Assembly: GCA_045592905.1 (NCBI GenBank)
Contig: JAZNVR010000001.1
Coordinates: forward strand, 16,219 to 80,218
DNA: 64,000 bases
Source: Candidatus Enterousia sp.
Lineage (GTDB): Bacteria; Pseudomonadota; Alphaproteobacteria; Rs-D84
Direction: 5' to 3'
In this document: positions 62,170-64,000 of the stretch, piece after piece
How positions within the stretch are numbered: the stretch's first letter is position 1
How the letters are laid out: the number at the start of each line of letters is the position of its first letter
Notes under the pieces: generated by a model
Told to the model about the DNA's origin: nothing
Database searches by the model: none
Seen by the model: only the letters and a program-made list of their open reading frames with translations
Position numbers and translations under genes: made by a program

Positions 62170-63036
62170 TTGTATACCATGAAGAAAGAAAAATCTATGA
62201 ATAAACGTTTATTTTTATTTGCAGGTTATAACAAACAAGGCATTGTTGACCCTGCATTGGTATACTATCTGAACGCACTTTCCAAGTTTGGCGACATTAT
62301 TTTGTTTATGGATTCTGATTGTCCTGACTCCGAATTGGCAAAGGTAAAAAAATATACTATTCACGCATCTGCAAAACGCCATGGTGAATATGACTTTGGT
62401 TCATACAAACGTGGATATATTTGGGCGATGGAAAATCTAAAATTATCTGATTATGATTTTGTATATTTGGTAAACGATTCTGTATATGGTCCATTATATC
62501 CATTGGACAGGTATATTAACGCAATGGAAAACATGGGACATGATGCATTTGGTATTGTAAAAAACCCGCATCGCAAACATCCACATATTCAGTCTTGGTT
62601 CATTGGGACAAAGCCTGTAATATTCCTGTCAAAATGGTTTAATGATTTTATGTTAAGTATTACACAGCAACCCGATAAATATGAAATAACCAAACTGTAC
62701 GAAGATGGTTTTTCTAATTTAGTAACCGAACATAATCACACATGGGATGGTTTATATTCCGTTCCCAGACGTGGTGTTTATAATAAAATAAAGCATTTAT
62801 ATTTAATTGGAATGCCTTTTATGAAAAAAGTTGCATTTCAACGTCATCATGGCGGATTAAGTGATCAAACAATATTCGTCTTGGAACATGTTAATAAAAA
62901 ATTATCTGATGCAATATTACAATCTGCAATACAACAATATGGCAAGAAATATATTGACTGGTTATTAACAACAAATCCTATAAAAATAGCATTCAGAAAA
63001 GCATATCATGCTGTATATAAATTATTTGATTGGTAG
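62170..63036 (+). CDS. putative polysaccharide biosynthesis protein
   Basis: Genomic context only. Weak resemblance to RgpF/WbsX-type proteins. Confidence 0.3.
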   Translation: MYTMKKEKSMNKRLFLFAGYNKQGIVDPALVYYLNALSKFGDIILFMDSDCPDSELAKVKKYTIHASAKRHGEYDFGSYKRGYIWAMENLKLSDYDFVYLVNDSVYGPLYPLDRYINAMENMGHDAFGIVKNPHRKHPHIQSWFIGTKPVIFLSKWFNDFMLSITQQPDKYEITKLYEDGFSNLVTEHNHTWDGLYSVPRRGVYNKIKHLYLIGMPFMKKVAFQRHHGGLSDQTIFVLEHVNKKLSDAILQSAIQQYGKKYIDWLLTTNPIKIAFRKAYHAVYKLFDW

Positions 63037-63043
63037 GGGCAAC

Positions 63044-63895
63044 ATGACAAAAACACCAGCACACAGCACAAAAAAAATAGCCGTTATTACGATGGCTCGT
63101 AATGACGTGTTTTTTTTATCCCGCTGGATAGAATACTATGGCACGCAATTTGGAAATGAAAATCTGTACATATATTTAGATGGCACAGACCAAGATGTTC
63201 CAGAAAATGCAGATGGTGTTCACATAACAAAAATACCACATCGTGATATGTCCCGTTCAGATGGCGACAGATACAGAATAAATTTAATGTCTGATTTGGC
63301 AAAAAAACTGTTAATGGAATACGATATCGTTATCGGATGTGATTGCGATGAATTTTTAATTGTTGATCCTGACCTAAATACTAATTTATGCGATTATTTA
63401 TCACAACTGCGAATTAATACATCTGTTTCTGGACTGGGGTTAGATATTGGTCAAAATATGACACATGAAAAATCACTTGATATCACAAAGCCATTTTTAT
63501 CCCAGCGTCATTTTGCACTATTGTCAACCAGATACACAAAACCAGTTGTTATAAACCGCCCTGTTCGTTGGGGATCTGGCTTTCATCGTATCAAGAATCA
63601 TAATTTCCACATTGATAATAATTTATATTTGTTACATTTTGGGGCCGTTGATATGAAAATGTTGGAAACCAAGGCTGCTGCACGTGGTGCTGATTGGTTA
63701 AACCACTTGAAACGTCGTGGCAATGGGACAATAAACGACGTTACAAATCGTACTGCACATGGCGAATATTGGATTAAAATTGCACGTATAATTCAGACAT
63801 ACATTCGTGCACCATATGCAATAAACAAGCCAAATATGCTGGGAATAAAAATCGTTGTCAAAATTCCAGAACGTTTCAGAAAATCGGGGGTATAG
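63044..63895 (+). CDS. putative glycosyltransferase (DxD: DCDEF)
   Basis: RBS AGGGG precedes the ATG at 63044. IAVITMARND...DCDEFLIVD. Confidence 0.4.
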   Translation: MTKTPAHSTKKIAVITMARNDVFFLSRWIEYYGTQFGNENLYIYLDGTDQDVPENADGVHITKIPHRDMSRSDGDRYRINLMSDLAKKLLMEYDIVIGCDCDEFLIVDPDLNTNLCDYLSQLRINTSVSGLGLDIGQNMTHEKSLDITKPFLSQRHFALLSTRYTKPVVINRPVRWGSGFHRIKNHNFHIDNNLYLLHFGAVDMKMLETKAAARGADWLNHLKRRGNGTINDVTNRTAHGEYWIKIARIIQTYIRAPYAINKPNMLGIKIVVKIPERFRKSGV

Positions 63896-63896
63896 C

Positions 63897-64000
63897 ATGT
63901 CAGATATGAAAATTGATATTGTTTATTTATGGGTTGATGATTCCGACAAAAAATGGCGTGCACAAAAAAACAAATGGCTTAAAATAATCAAGGGTCAAAG
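63897..64000 (+). CDS. Stealth-family (CR1) capsule phosphotransferase-like protein, 3' end outside window
   Basis: IDIVYLWVDDSDKKW matches Stealth conserved region 1. Confidence 0.45.
   Translation, partial: MSDMKIDIVYLWVDDSDKKWRAQKNKWLKIIKGQ

Noticed and set aside
1-64000. CRISPR arrays, rRNA operons, IS elements or transposases
   Set aside because: I saw no regularly spaced direct repeats, no 16S/23S/5S-like sequence and no transposase-like ORF on either strand.

Overview
This is an AT-rich, gene-dense segment of a bacterial chromosome. The gene content points to a reduced-genome alphaproteobacterium, probably an intracellular Rickettsiales- or Holosporales-like lineage; supporting genes include a MucR/Ros regulator, an RHH_4 protein, a split tatA/tatBC, secDF-yajC, gatAB and a sufS-sufT-sufE core. 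Most of the window is housekeeping: gatA (5' partial), gatB, miaB, tatABC, recJ, ftsI, sufSE, trxA, thrS, gltX, trmB, a ybeY-lnt fused ORF, rarA, ftsK, ctpA, secDF, yajC, mutL, greA, lptF/G, xerD, trxB, serS and typA. There are two tRNAs, tRNA-Phe(GAA) between gatA and gatB and tRNA-Lys(CTT), plus several rho-independent terminators, outer-membrane beta-barrel proteins, and a polysaccharide cluster (GT2, GT61-like, Stealth) at the 3' end. I found no rRNA, CRISPR array, transposase or prophage. The sequence features that known genes do not explain are these. (1) A roughly 170-nt composite repeat element, built from two tandem units each with a variable-sequence stem, a conserved GTAGTGTA(C/A)A...TACA loop and a conserved AGATGAATTATYAT tail, occurs twice, at 40160-40327 and 54738-54916. 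Each copy abuts or overlaps the stop codon of a minus-strand essential gene (ftsK, trxB), and the element carries stop codons in all three frames. (2) A DUF559 endonuclease cassette with GC-rich palindromes is flanked by about 38-bp direct repeats that duplicate the last ten codons of the adjacent hemolysin-III gene. (3) YbeY and Lnt are fused in one ORF. (4) A block of overlapping unknown genes (membrane protein, two small proteins of which one is SUKH-like, an RHH protein) lies between trmB and ybeY-lnt, next to a structured intergenic candidate ncRNA. (5) Two co-transcribed signal-peptide, cysteine-rich proteins sit beside mucR, and one contains a slippage-prone poly-Q/A tract. All calls rest on reading the supplied translations and the raw DNA; no database searches were run.
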